A stretch of 64,000 bases of DNA from Octopus vulgaris (GCA_951406725.2 OX597815.1:80414001-80478000), one strand, 5' to 3'; positions 26,638 to 41,689 are shown, numbered from the stretch's first letter. Numbers and translations are program-made. Notes: generated from the sequence alone by a model not told the origin.

Positions 26638-26930
26638 TCACCTTGATCACCTTGACCGACCAGTCCGTCGGGCGTCTATTTGGCACCGCTGGTCACAGCA
26701 CGATGTCCACTCCTCTCTGGATCGCGCCTTTCTCATTCACGTGATCCCAATCGCCCTCCTGAAATCGTAACTCCACCATCATGGAGGCCTTCTCGACAAC
26801 TGCGTGGGTCCACCGATTATAGGTGAGCCGGGTGACGTGTCCAGCCCATCTAAACTTACTGCGTGTATATTCTATGATGACATCGTAGAATATACAGCGA
26901 AGTCATCAGAGAGAAGTCCGGCGTGAGAAA
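26638..26930 (-). mobile_element. RTE-clade LINE 3' fragment
   Basis: Minus strand DVIIEYTRSKFRWAGHVTRLTYNRWTHAVVE (RTE C-terminal WAGHV motif); short repeated tail (caaggtga)x2. Confidence 0.75.
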
Positions 26931-27004
26931 TATGTATATATAATACATATATATAGTTATATATGTATACATGTGTGTGGGGGTGTGTGTGTATACATGG
27001 CATC

Positions 27005-28660
27005 CATTAATTACCTTTACGATTATGGCATAAGTATAACTACAAATTTACGCAGTTTGATATTGGCGACTTTTACCCGTCAATATCTAGTCCTTTGCTT
27101 CTAAAAGCATTAGACTTAGCCAAGCAGTATGTCACCATCGATAACACGGAAATAGATATTATCCTGCATGCAAAGACATCCCTTTTTTTGCGAGGATTCT
27201 ACCTGGGTTAAAAAGAGTGAGGATTCTCTTTTCGGTGTACCGATGGGTGAATATGATGGGACGGAGTTATGTCTGCTTATAGGAGCTTATATTTTGCATA
27301 ATCTGCATCGATAATTCCCTATTATAAATGCAGGCTTATACAGAGATGGCGGTCTAATAGTCACCCATGATTTAAACGGCCATGAGTGAGGTAAACTTAG
27401 GAAGAATCTGATTACGTTCTTCCAAACAATGGGCTTACGGATTACAATAGAAAGTAACCTTAGAAGTGTAGATGTTTTAGATATCAACTTAGATTTACAA
27501 TTAGATAAATTTAAACTCTACCGCAAGTCCACTGAAAAGCTATGTTATATTAGCAAAGACTCTAATCATCCACCCGTAATTCTTAAGAACCTAGATAGTA
27601 ATGTAGGAAGGCGTATATCATCAATTTCTTCGGATGAAACAGCATTTCAAAATGCTGCACCGTATTACAAAAATGCATTAAGGAAAAATGGATTCTCGGA
27701 GAAGATCCAGTTTAGTCAAGTTAATTCTAGCAACAATAGGCCACGTAGAACTAGAACTAGGAAAGTTTTATGACTTAACCCCGCATTTAATATGGCCGTA
27801 AAAACTAATATAGGTAGGGCATTCTTAAAATTAGTTTCTAAGCATTTTCAATCTAACCATTAGTTCTATAGAATATTTAATAGGAGACGCTGAAGGTTAG
27901 CTATTCTTGTTGCAAAAACTTCGCCTGTTTTATTAGACAGCATAACACAAAAATTATTACAGACAACTACAATGCCGAATCTAATCTGAGGAACTGCAAC
28001 TTCAAAGATGAGACTTGCTGTCCGTTGGAAGAAAAATGTCTTGAAAAGGGTATTGTTTATAGAGCTAAAGTGCAAATAGATGGCTCGCAAGAATATAAAA
28101 AATATACAGGGCTTCAAAGAATGCATTCAAGACTAGATTCTATTTCCACAGAAATTCTTTCCGATACCCCGAGAACCGGACAGTGACTAGTCTTGCAAAG
28201 CATGTTTGGGAATTGAAAGAGAATGACACCCGTCCTTTCAATGTAAACTGGGAAATTGTAGAAAAAGCATCCGTATACAGACATGGAGCTTATAAAAGAC
28301 CTACGAAATGTAATCTTTGTCCCTGAGAGAAGTTCTTCATCGTGTTCCAAGATAAAAACGCTTTGAACAGAGACGCGAGCTCTTAAATTCCTGCAGACAC
28401 TCCACAAAATTTAAAATGTCAAACGACAAAATACCGTGTGGGTAAAATGTTTTGACTTTCGAAATATAGTTTTTGACTGTCACGTTTGAATTTAACTTTA
28501 CACGGTATAGTTATTTTGTATCGCAACGCTAATGTATATTGAGACTTCATTTTTAAGAAAGCCTTCGGCTGTTTTATAAATTTAATTTTAAGCTTAAGCT
28601 TCGCCAAGGTTTATTTCTGTTATTTTAATTTTACTCATGTATTTAATGATGTTATATCAA
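27005..28660 (+). mobile_element. Penelope-like element: RT plus GIY-YIG endonuclease, pseudogenised
   Basis: FTQFDIGDFYPSI, FGVPMGEYDGTELC, GLYRDGGL, DVLDINLDL, SNHPPVILKNL, RRISSISSDE, LNPAFNMAVKTNIGRAFLKLVSKHF, CPLEEKCLEKGIVYRAKV...KKYTG; stops and frameshifts. Confidence 0.92.
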
Positions 28661-28714
28661 ATTAATGCACGATTTCCTTATTTTGCATTTTAATATTATA
28701 CACACCGAACAGTT

Positions 28715-28790
<76 letters not shown>

Positions 28791-28962
28791 CAAACGCACA
28801 CATGCACACGCACACATACATATAGACAGGTACACACTCGTAACCGCACGCACACAATCACATACACACATGCATACACATACGCACACACGCACATACA
28901 CGCGCCCCACACATACGCACTCCTACACACTTGCACGCACACCCACACATATGCACTCCTAC

Positions 28963-29007
<45 letters not shown>

Positions 29008-29354
29008 AACGCACATGTGAAGAAACACACAAGTACACAAAAGACCACCACTTCTGTTACCTTAGCAGCTGAATTCTTCCAACAACATTAACAAACAAAA
29101 TTCACTTACACATATACATATAAACAGTTAATACCACATACATACACACACACACTCATACACAAACGCACAGTTACTACCACTGCACACACACGCACAC
29201 AGTTACAGACATGCACACACACATGCGATTACACACACACACTCGCGCGCGCTCATACCGACATGTACACACAGACACCTCCTTCTCTTATACTTTCCCG
29301 TCTTAGAACTTTTTCTTCATTCATTCATTCCCTTCCCGTCATTTCAAAATGTAA

Positions 29355-29494
29355 CAACATGTACATTGTTGGAGATTTTTTCCCTTTGTCTTCTCTTGGA
29401 CTTTTCTGTCTCTTGTTTCTGAAGAAGGGCTTTGCTAGAAACGTAAAAGTAACTTTCCTTCCTTCCCCGAGCGTCTGTTAATACTTTGCATGTA

Positions 29495-29500
<6 letters not shown>
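29355..29500 (+). mobile_element. Penelope-type terminal module with hammerhead, abutting (TA)n
   Basis: 29416-29448 TTT CTGAAGA A GGGC ttt GCTA GAAA CG T A AAA (base of stem II mismatched); same family as 14565-14935. Confidence 0.72.
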
Positions 29501-29880
<380 letters not shown>

Positions 29881-30763
29881 TAAATGTTAGTGTATGTATG
29901 TATAATAAGCGCGTGTATTGAGCATAAACTGCATCACAGTGTACTTGTAAGTAAGTGATCTCCTATGCACGGACGCTCGTTTCGACGTCGACACACGAGT
30001 ACTAACGGACACGTTTGCAGAAATATATACATTACAATGGTGTACATACGTAATAAATATGAAAGAAAGATAATACAAATAGATAAAGACACATGCACAT
30101 GCACTCCTACATTTTGTGTACTCTATTGATGTAACTGAGTTTTATGGCAATTTATGACATTTTCACACACACACACACACACACACTCAATCATATCTAT
30201 CTATCTATCCATCTCTTTCTCTCTCTTTCCCTCTCTCTCAGTCTCTCTATACCTATCTATATCTGTCTATCTATATATCGCTATCTATTCTTTTAGCACA
30301 TGCACACACACGATAATTTTCTTTCGTTCTCCCTTTCTCTCTCTTCCTCCCCCCTCTCTCTCTCTTGCTCTGTGTTTCTCATTCACACGCATGCATACAC
30401 ATACACATGAACACTGACAGAAGTTTGCATACCCCACCCATTCTCTATATTCTTCTGTGTATGTCCCTCTAGTCTTTTTGTAATCTTTTTAAGTATCATA
30501 AACTCACACGCACATACAAACACACGCACATATGCACATATGTACAAACACACAAGTACACACGCATACACATATATGCAGTGATAATATGCCAATGTTT
30601 TTCACATTAACCCTTTCTAAGTACACGCCTGCCATATGCCACAATTTCTCCCTCTCTCCCTCTCCCTCTCTCTCCCCTCTGTTTCATCTCTCTCTTTCTT
30701 CTCCCCTTCTCCCTCTCGTTCTCTCTCTCCATCTCACTATATACATATATGTATATATATATA

Positions 30764-30896
<133 letters not shown>

Positions 30897-31129
30897 AACT
30901 TACTTGGAAAAGGATGCATGGCGTTCGATCATATAATAATATAAATAATATATAAATATATGCATATATACATACATGTATGTACATACCTACATATATA
31001 TGTAAATATATACATGCATATATGGGTACAGGACATCAAAAAAAAAACTTTAAACACAATGAGAAACGAAAACATAAAAAGAAAAACATACAAACGAACT
31101 TTTTTCAACAACGAAAAAAACCCCAGAAA

Positions 31130-31622
31130 AACGAGATAAGCTCAGATAAATATGTGTCCATATTGTAAAAAGGACTCCCTCCAATCTTCTCCAGTGATGA
31201 AATGATTAAAGAAAACTCTATAATTATGGAAGATGGGGCTCCGTGTCACACGGCTAAAATGACCCAAGATTTGTTGGATGATAATAGCATTAAAGAGCTT
31301 CCTTGGCCAAGACAGTCACCAGATATGAACCATATTGAACACCTCTGGGACATAATGGACAGGACGCTTCATAAAATGAACAAAGCCAGATCTTTTAAGA
31401 TTATGGCATGAAACTTGGCAAAAAATTCCGCGAGAGAATATTCGTCATTTGATCAGTAATATGCCTAATAGAGACCTTGCATTGAAAAATGCAAAGGGTA
31501 TGTCTAATAAATATGAACTATTCACATCATAGCAATTAATAAATTATTTCACTATATTATTTCAGATTTAGATAAATTTTAATGATTATAAGTGTGTCTA
31601 TTTACTTCTGTCATGTCCGTGA
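31130..31622 (+). mobile_element. Tc1 (DD34E) transposase 3' remnant
   Basis: IMEDGAPCHTAK...LPWPRQSPDMNHIEHLWDIM (ORF 31202-31411), then decayed C-terminus LISNMPNR. Confidence 0.88.
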
Positions 31623-32148
31623 ATATTACACGTACATGTCTCTCTCATATCTTTCAAGATATCTGCACAGCTATTGAATTATCTAATTATTTAATCCTAC
31701 TTGTTCACTGATTGTCTTTTCCCCTCCCTCTCTTTCTGTTTCTTTCTCTTACAAAACACAAACACCTACCCCACAAACACACACGCACAAACACTCACAT
31801 ACCTAGACACACGCACATATATACACATACACATGCAAGTATACATATATATTGATAGGTATTGGTGCTTGCACGATTGTGTGCGTGTATGTGTGTGCGC
31901 ATGTGTGTGTGTGTGTGTATTTATATATATCTTTTATCTTATAATTCTTTCAGTTAATTATACTGCATCATGCGGATGCACCGAATTGATGAACTCGTAG
32001 CGGAATCATTCGCTCTCCAGTACACAAACATACACACACACTCACACACTCACACACACACACTCTCTCTCTCACACACACACACTATATGTATTTATGT
32101 ATGTATATATATATATGTGTGTGTATGTGTGTGTATGTATGTATATCT

Positions 32149-32553
<405 letters not shown>

Positions 32554-32665
32554 TTTGCGTGTGTGTGTGTACATATATATAATAGATAATAAATAATATA
32601 GATATACACATATATATCTACATGTATGTATGCATTTATACATATACATATATATACATATATAT

Positions 32666-32738
<73 letters not shown>

Positions 32739-33515
32739 CATATATGGGTACATGACGTCACTAACGGTGCAAATAACATGAAATATGCAAACAAGGAAAC
32801 ATAGAGACGGGACTCTTCATCAGTTGTCGGCTGCCTGTCTACTCCTCGTGTTTGTGTATGAATGTGTGTAATCATGTATCACACACATAGACACACGCAC
32901 CCCCCCCCACACATATATATATATATACATATGTATATATTTCTTTTAACCGTTATCTTTTACATATCTCACCCATTGAACTACTGTTATGATGGACCAC
33001 CTTTTCGAAAGTGTTTAATCGAACTTAGTCAACGCCAGTATTTTATATTTTAGATATATATATGGTATTTATTATGTCGAGTTATTTTTTAGCTGAACTA
33101 CTATGTTACGTGGACGTAAAGAAGCCAACATTGATTGTCAGCGGTGGTGGCAGTCATATACAATCCTCCCCCCCCCCACACACACACACATATACACCCC
33201 CACAACATACACACATATTGATAGTTACATATGTACATGGATACATACACACTCATATAATAACAAGTACAGAAATACCTATTAACATATGAACATAAGT
33301 GTGTATGCCGAAATTGCTACGATGATCCGGTTCTTGACTGAAGATTGAGGGCTTCGAATGTCCCGTCCGTGTTTTTTGTATCGTCTTCTAAGTCTTTTGC
33401 GTTCTTGTCCCAGTTTGTATTTTTCTACATAAAATAATTATATGTATATATATATATATATATATACGTTTAAATATTTATTGGCTAAACTGGCAATATG
33501 ACCATTCCGAAATAT

Positions 33516-33638
<123 letters not shown>

Positions 33639-34264
33639 TGTATGTATGTATGTATTCTTTCTGTTTGGCTATATACCTATCTAGTGATCATGCCGTCCAT
33701 CTGTCTGTGTTTGTATGTAAGTGTATATCTATCTATCTATTTACTTCTATCTCTGAATATACAAGGATATATATCTATGTGTGTGTATGTACGTGTGTGT
33801 CCGTCTGTCTGTTTGTCTGTGTCTGTATATGAGTGTGTGTATCTCTGCTTCTACTATGTATGTCAGACTGTTCTAGTCTGACAATATACAGTACATTTCG
33901 CCCAACAAAACAATGGACATGAGAACATCCATTTCGTTGACTTGCAGAAACAAGAAACAATAAATAAATAAATAAATAAATAGACTATCAAAAAATAAAA
34001 ATTTTGCACTCAGTGACACCGTACATACCTTCATAGAGGAGCTGTCAATACTGGATAAAGGTTTGGCGGGAAGAATCCCACACATAGTCACTTAGTCGCA
34101 CGCACACATATATATACACACAGGCACACATACGCATTCACATGCACATATATGTTAATGAATGCTTATTTTCATGTATTCACACATATGCATATACGCA
34201 TCAAATACTTGCGTGTATACATACATATATACACACACACACACAAACACACTAGTTTTACACA

Positions 34265-34460
34265 TTTTCTTTTATTTGCTTGTCATTTGACTGCGGCCAT
34301 GCTGGAGTACCGCGTTTAGTCGAACAAATCAACCTCAGGACTTATTCTTTGTAAGCCTATTACTTATTCTATAGGTCTCTTTTGCCGAACCGCCTGTTAC
34401 AGGTACGTAGACACACCAACATCATTTGTCAAGCGATGGCTGACAAACTCAGACACACAA
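34265..34460 (-). mobile_element. SINE family B 3' half
   Basis: gtcatttgactgcggccatgctggagtaccgc...ggacttattctttgtaagcct. Confidence 0.8.
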
Positions 34461-34509
34461 ACACACACACACGCACACACACACACATACACTCATACAC
34501 ACATACACG

Positions 34510-34541
<32 letters not shown>

Positions 34542-34632
34542 TATTTATACACACACACACATACATACATACATACATACATACATACATACATACATGC
34601 ATACATACGTACCTAATACATACATACAAATC

Positions 34633-34790
34633 CAAGTGAAAGACAGCAGGCGATACAGCTTGGCACCTATGACGTCGCAACTCATTTCTACTACTCAAGA
34701 ACAACATGACACGCAGCCCGGTCCGGGATTCGAACTCACAACCTCATGATCGTAAACTCGACGCTCTAACCATTGAGCCATTCGCCTTCA
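34633..34790 (-). mobile_element. tRNA-derived SINE family C (truncated)
   Basis: Minus strand GAAGGCGAA TGGCTCAATGG TTAGAGCG...GAGTTCGAATCCC GGACCGGGCTGCGTGT: clear A and B boxes but no paired acceptor stem. Confidence 0.75.
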
Positions 34791-34801
34791 CATATATATA
34801 C

Positions 34802-34884
<83 letters not shown>

Positions 34885-34885
<1 letters not shown>

Positions 34886-35350
34886 CAAAATAAGCAACAA
34901 GAATGACTCCGGTAATTTGGTACGATCGTTTCGTACTACATCATTTTATTAAATGTTGTAAGTATTACAACAGTTTTAAAATGCTGAGCTACTAGTAGTC
35001 TGGAACAACTGAATCTTAGTCAGTCAGTTGATGGGCTCCACTACCTCAAATGTTCTTAAAATTTAAATCCATATATTTGTCTATGTATCTACCTTCTCTA
35101 TAATGTTGCCACTTGATATGAAAATTTTTGTATTAATGGAAAACCTCTATAATTGGCTGATGAGTGCTCAGCATTTTAAAACTGTTGTAATACTTACAAC
35201 ATTTAATAAAATGATGTAGTACGAAACGATCGTACCAAATTACCGGAGTCATTCCTGTTGCTTATTTTGATTATAATCAACCACGGATTTTTATGGATAG
35301 CACCATACAGAATTCTGGTGCGTCTAAATTAAGTACCATATTCATTTTAA
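34885..35350 (+). mobile_element. Young Penelope-type terminal repeat preceded by a 105-bp inverted partial copy
   Basis: 34885-34989 is the reverse complement of 35166-35270 with one mismatch seen; bounded by (TG)n and (TA)n. Confidence 0.8.
35151..35241 (+). ncRNA. Type I hammerhead ribozyme, canonical core, long stem II
   Basis: TTGG CTGATGA GTGCT-[long hairpin]-AGTAC GAAA CGATCG T A CCAA; stem I TTGG/CCAA; palindromic stem III ACGATCGT; predicted cleavage after GUA at 35234. Confidence 0.85.
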
Positions 35351-35367
35351 TCTAAATTTTTGGTGAA

Positions 35368-35439
<72 letters not shown>

Positions 35440-35607
35440 TATGCGACGGACATCTTTCAGTTTCCGCCTACCAAATCCACTCACAAGGCTTTGGTCGGAC
35501 CGAGGCAATCGTAGAAGACACCTGCCCAAAGTGTCGCGCAGCGGGACTGAATCCGGAACCATGTAGTTGGCAAGCAAGCTACTTCCCACACAGTCATTCC
35601 TGCACCT
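35440..35607 (-). mobile_element. SINE family B 5' half ending in (TA)n
   Basis: tttcagtttccgcctaccaaatccactcacaaggctttggtcgg...gggactgaatccggaaccatg...cattcctgcacc. Confidence 0.85.
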
Positions 35608-35704
35608 ATACACAAATATGCAGGAAAGTATATACGAACTCAACAAACGAAGTAATTTCTTTGTACGTGTGAGTGTGCGTATCTGTCTATAGCTATATGT
35701 ATCC

Positions 35705-35737
<33 letters not shown>

Positions 35738-35849
35738 TGTATGTATGTATGTATGTATGTATCTGTCTGTCTGACTAGCTGTATGTCTGTCAGTCTGTGT
35801 GTGCATGTATGTGTGTGTATGTGTGTGAGTACTTATATATACATTTCTA

Positions 35850-36265
35850 TCTTTTACTTCTTTCAGTCATTAGGCTGTTGCTATGCTGGAACACCACCAC
35901 CTGGAAGAGTTTTTAGTGGCATGAATCGACCCACCGGTACATACTTTAAGCCTGGTATATATATTCTATCGAGCTCTTTTGCCGAAGCGCTAAGTTACAG
36001 GGACATATAGACACCAACATCGGTTATCAAGCAGTGTTGGAGAACAAACACACACCGACACACACACACATACACACACACATATATATATATATATACA
36101 TACACACACACACGACGGTCTACTTTCACTTTCTGTCTGCCAAACCCACTCATAAGGATTTGGTTGGCCCGAAGTTATAGTGAGAGGCCCTTGCCCAAGG
36201 TACCACGCAGCGGGATTGAACCAGAAACCTTGTGGTTGGAAAGCAAGCTTCTTACCACACCGCCA
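35850..36265 (-). mobile_element. SINE family B (older)
   Basis: tttcagtcattaggctgttgctatgctggaacacc...cttgcccaaggtaccacgcagcgggattgaacc. Confidence 0.82.
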
Positions 36266-37434
36266 TAAAGTGTGTTGTGTTTACCCAACTGTGTATACGG
36301 TAGGTTACTGAATGTTTATGTATATATATATATGTATATATATCCATGCACACACACGCACACGCACGCCCACACACACATACACATACACACACACATA
36401 CACACCCATATTCATATAACAGACTGCATATACGCAATGTATGTGTTTTATTTGTTTACTGGTTCGTTCCGTATAGCACTTGAAGCACGACTCCCTCATA
36501 ACGCTTCGTGTTAAAGCTCCTGAAATTCATAGATAGTCCAGACAATTCGCCTTCGACTGAATTCGGGAGTGACAGATACTGACATTTCGCCATTTTTGTG
36601 GCTTATCAATATCATGTATCCGAATCGAACCGGGAACGAACCTAATCGCTAGTCAATGACTAAATATAGTGTAAGAACTATTTGCTGGTATGCCACGATG
36701 ATACTTACGGAAGATTGCATTCAATACCAAATTAAAAGCAGCGCTAGTGATGTAAACATTATCGACCACAAATACTAAATGCGTGCGTTTTGTTTGTTCA
36801 CCGGTTCGCTGCGTATGGCGCTTGGAGGACGACTTGTAGTTTGAAACAGTCAATGTGAGCTTGACCAAAGAGGAAGGTGATTTAGCTCTGTCCATCAAAA
36901 AATTTCCTTCAGTATAGCCACCAGAGAGTGGATTAATCATGCTCTGTCTTGTCGAAGGTATGGCATTTCTCACAACAGAGCTAATAAACGAATTATTTTT
37001 ACATGTGACAATATTTGTTCGAAATGACTTCAAAAACACACACGCGGACACACACACATATTCGCAAAGACACGGACACGCACACACACACGGACAAGCA
37101 CACACATACACACACACACATACTTGTATGTATGTTTCTATGTGCTTGCATCTGTGTATGTGTGATTTTATGTGTATATGTATGTTTGCGTATGTGAACA
37201 TACATAGGTGAAATATAACCCTATGGATGTTTCTCGAACGAACGCCTTGCATTATTAACCCATTACAGAAATGAAGCGATTTATTTACGTATGTCCGCGC
37301 GCATACATGTAGACATACCTACACAAATAACACGCTCTCACACACGTATATGCATGTATACGTAAATACGCACGCATACATATATACATACATATATACA
37401 TATATACATACATATACATACATACATACATACA

Positions 37435-37467
<33 letters not shown>

Positions 37468-38013
37468 GTTGTGTATTTGCCTAAGTCATTATGTTTATCG
37501 GTGTCTAAGTCAATGTGTTCATGTATATGTATATAAAATACGGTAATTTATTTGAAACATTGTTTAAAAAAAGAAAAGAAAAACAAAACAAAACAATACG
37601 TAAATGTAACCAACACAATTGAGGGAAGAGAACAAAAGATATTTCATTCGATATTTCGGTCACAAAAGGATCTAATCGTGATTAAGTGTGATTATGAGAC
37701 TTTTTTTTTATATCGATATGACTGTGACGAATAATAAATCCAATTCCAGTGGGATTTGATCTCGGAATCGACTGGAAAGAAAACTATAACATTCCTAAAT
37801 ATTGCAGCAGATGTCCTGCCATCCCCCGGGTTTATTAATAATCGTATTTAATTTATCGTCTCATTGATGGCAGTATTCCCAATATCCATACAATATACAG
37901 ATGGCTAAAAAGAGCCTTCTTGACAGATTGCTCTCGCATTGTTACTTTCTTTCTCTATCTCTTTGTTTCTCTCTGCCCCCTCTCTCACTATATATCTATC
38001 TTTCTATCTACTC

Positions 38014-38066
<53 letters not shown>

Positions 38067-38272
38067 CATATATGTATGTATATATATATACATGCATACA
38101 TACGGAGACATCTGCCCAAAGCGCACAAACTCATATACGCATACGCACAAACGCCAATCGCAAACACGCAAATATATATGATGTATAAGCCTATACGTAT
38201 ACATCACACACACACATATATATATATGTATATGTTTATATGATACATTATGAGTGTGTGTATATGTATATA

Positions 38273-38327
<55 letters not shown>

Positions 38328-38485
38328 CTTACACGCCACATACTCATGACCATACACATATTCACAAGTATAGGCAAATTGATGTGTGTGTATGTGTGGA
38401 TGTGTGTTTGTGTGTGTTTGTATCTTTGTGTGTTTACATGTTGATCGTTCAGAATATCTATACTCAAGGGTTGCAACTACTTTAT

Positions 38486-38700
38486 CACCACCACCACCGC
38501 CACCACCACCACCACCACCACCACCACCACCACTACTCTCACTACTAACTGCTTCTGCTAATGACGACGAAGACAGATACGATAACAACGATGCTCACGA
38601 TGACGGTGATGGTGGTGTTGTAGTTAGAGTTGTTGTCATGATGTTCTTGTTATTGATGATGATGATGATGTTCACATTACTACTGTTACTATTGCTATTG
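38486..38700. repeat. (ACC)n and mixed trinucleotide low-complexity tract
   Basis: Direct reading. Confidence 0.85.
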
Positions 38701-38907
38701 TTTCTTCATTCTCTTCGGCCCTCGAGTCTTTACTATTTTATCTAGGGCTATAACTATTTTCCTGCTCTTATATCATTGTGTATCTTTCAGTCAAGGTCTC
38801 AGATAATCTCTTAGTCAGCAGTTAATCTGTCTCTCTCTCGTATGAACGCAACAGTTTCCACATTTTTGACAGAGCTTTTTTTTTTTTCATACTTTTTAAT
38901 CTTACAG

Positions 38908-39088
38908 TCAAATGGAAAGAGAGTAATTCATGACCATTCAGAGGACCTCCAAGACTTGTGATAGGGAAGAAGAGAGGCATCCACAAACTGAAAACCTAGT
39001 TCGATTTCTTGCAACAGCACAAAATTCGCTGAAACAACCGAGGTGCCAGGCGGGGATGTTCGACCGGATACCGTATTAAGGTTACCAC
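38908..39088 (+). other. Candidate 181-nt non-coding exon
   Basis: Long T-rich tract ending tttttaatcttacag before 38908; donor CAC/GTAAGT after 39088; stops in all three frames. Confidence 0.35.
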
Positions 39089-39199
39089 GTAAGTAGGCCA
39101 CGAATAGGTATAAAATGGAAAGCAGAGAGCTGTGACAAAAACACTGTAACTTATCCAACTCATTGTTCTTACAGTTACGCCAAGCCACTAGACTAGATT

Positions 39200-39563
39200 G
39201 GTAATTTTTTATCGCCCTCAAAATAATGAATCTTCGGCAGGATTTGAATTCAGAGCGCTGAGTTTCAGAACGAATACAATGAAGCATTCAATGCTCCCTC
39301 ATATCTCCTAATTCGCCGCCGTAGTTGCACCTAATATAAATTTGTTTCATAATAATCCTTTCTACTATAGACACAAGACCAGCAATTTCGGGGGGGGGGA
39401 TAAGTTGATTATATTGATCCAGTACATATCTGGTACTTATCGACTCCGAAAGGATGAAAGGCAAAGTTGACCTCGGCGGAATTTCAACCGAGAACGTAGC
39501 GGCAGACGAAATACCGCTAAGTATTTTGCCCGACGTGTCAACGATTCCGCCCGCTCACCGCCT
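39200..39563 (-). mobile_element. Two SINE family A copies; the second (39357-39563) has a TSD
   Basis: gaaaggatgaaaggcaaagttgacctcggcggaattt; tttgtttcataataat on both sides of the second copy. Confidence 0.82.
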
Positions 39564-40613
39564 GACAAATTTGTTTGTTTCATAATAATGCTCATACTGT
39601 TACCCAATGATGATGATAATCATGATAGTGATGTAGCATATGTGTACTATTCTATGCAGTGCATTATTAAGCAATTACTTGTGAAATTACACAAAACATG
39701 AAACGCATGATGTTTGCAACCATCATGCGGGCATATAAGTTTATAGTTATTACTGAGACTTAATGGGAGAAGATGTAGATCATTATTCTTAAATACAAAT
39801 ATCCATTTTCAAGTTTTAATGTACAAATGTAGATATATATAAGCAACATAATAATTACCGAATCCCAACAATATGCAGCACTGAAAATTTCACTCGTTAT
39901 GTAATATAATATTTGTATGATACAATCTGTTGTTATAATTCATGTATGACACCGAAATATAACAGTGAACAGCATTAGACTTTGTCGACTTACTATACTG
40001 ATATCATGCACAGGGAGAAAAAATAGAATGGAGGGAGGGTAGATAAGGTTTATATATCTATCAATAGTTCAGTATCTTCCTCTAGGTATATGATCTCATC
40101 ACTTTTTCTGGTATTGACGGGAGGTATGATGAAAGATCGTAGAATACCTCACTATATATTGTCCATTTTTTTAATTAGTTTTACAGTATGTTCATTTCTC
40201 TGCGAAGAGTGGCCGAGTTTAGTTCACAAAGACGACAAAAAAAAAAGTCGGAAGATGAGAAGCTAAACTGGGGTGGTGACAGGAGATAAGTAAAGAAAAA
40301 GAAGAGATGCTAATTATAAAGATGTGGGAGGAATTAATGGGAAAATATAAAATAATAAATATTTAATTAAAAAAAAAAGAATAAGAACGGCACTCGTGAA
40401 TGAGATGAAGAGAATACGAAAGGTAATATATATGTAAACACACACACATACATATACAATATACGTGTATGCGTGTGAGTTTTAGTCTATAGGTGATTCT
40501 ATACATACATACATGCACACACGCACAAACACACACACACTACACACACATATACTACACACACATACATGCACGTACACATATATATATAAAACTATTA
40601 TTATGTACATATA

Positions 40614-41036
40614 GGCGCAGGAGTGGCTGTGTGGTAAGTAACTTGCTAACCAACCACCTGGTTCGGGTTCAGTCCCACTGCGTGGCATCTTGGGCAAGTG
40701 TCTTCTGCTATAGCCCCGGGCCGACCAATGCCTTGTGAGTGGATTTGGTAGACGGAAATTGAAAGAAGCCTGTCGTATATATGTATACATATATAAGTGT
40801 GTGTGTGTATATGTTTGTGTGTCTGTGTTTGTCCCCCTAGCATTGCTTGACAACCGATGCTGGTGTGTTTACGTCCCCGTCACTTAGCGGTTCGGCAAAA
40901 GAGACCGATAGAATAAGTACTGGGCTTACAAAGAATAAGTCCCGGGGTCGATTTGCTCGACTAAAGGCGGTGCTCCAGCATGGCCGCAGTCAATTGACTG
41001 AAACAAGTAAAAGAGTAAAAGAGAGAGTAAAGAGTA
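40614..41036 (+). mobile_element. Full-length SINE family B
   Basis: A box TGGCTGTGTGG, B box GGTTCAGTCCC, TCTTGGGCAAGT, internal (TA)(TG) tract, tail GGCGGTGCTCCAGCATGGCCGCAGTC..GAAACAAG(TAAAAGAG)n. Confidence 0.93.
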
Positions 41037-41643
41037 TATAAGTTTGTGTTAAAAAAGAAACAGCGAGTAGAACAAGGGAGTTTACCAAAACATCCTTTGG
41101 AATGGTATTTTCTTTCTAGTAATTTCTATTACTGTCTGGTGTGCTGCATGCACTTATATCCTTTCGTTATTTATCTTACGCTCAAATCTTACTTTTAATC
41201 TTCCACCAACTAAACCATTCAGACATTTGTAACTCTTAACTCTTACCTTTCTATTCTCTCTTATATCGATAGCTGTATGTATGTATGTGTGTGCGCGTGT
41301 AAGTGTGTGTATGCATGTATGTGCGTGTATGTATATGTGTGTATGCATGTATGTATGTAGTTATATATATATGGACTCACACATATATACATATATACAT
41401 GCATAATTGCATACATACATATATACATATGTATGTTGTTCATTCACCTTGTCTTGTTTTTCTATATATATATATATATATATACAACTGAAAGAAAATG
41501 GAATGAACATTCTTTATTTGAAATCAATAGAATAGATTTTATTCTGTCAAATTATTCATGCATTTTCGCTTATTAATCCTCATCCTTCCATTCTCTCTTA
41601 TATCCATACATACATATATATAAAAACACACACACACATGTAT

Positions 41644-41689
<46 letters not shown>

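Noticed and set aside
34700-34790. Possible tRNA gene
   Set aside because: A and B boxes present but acceptor stem does not pair and it continues into SINE body
38386-38745. Poly-Pro/poly-His ORF resembling a transcription-factor tract
   Set aside because: Built from (ACC)n, (GAT)n and (TG)n repeats with no flanking domain
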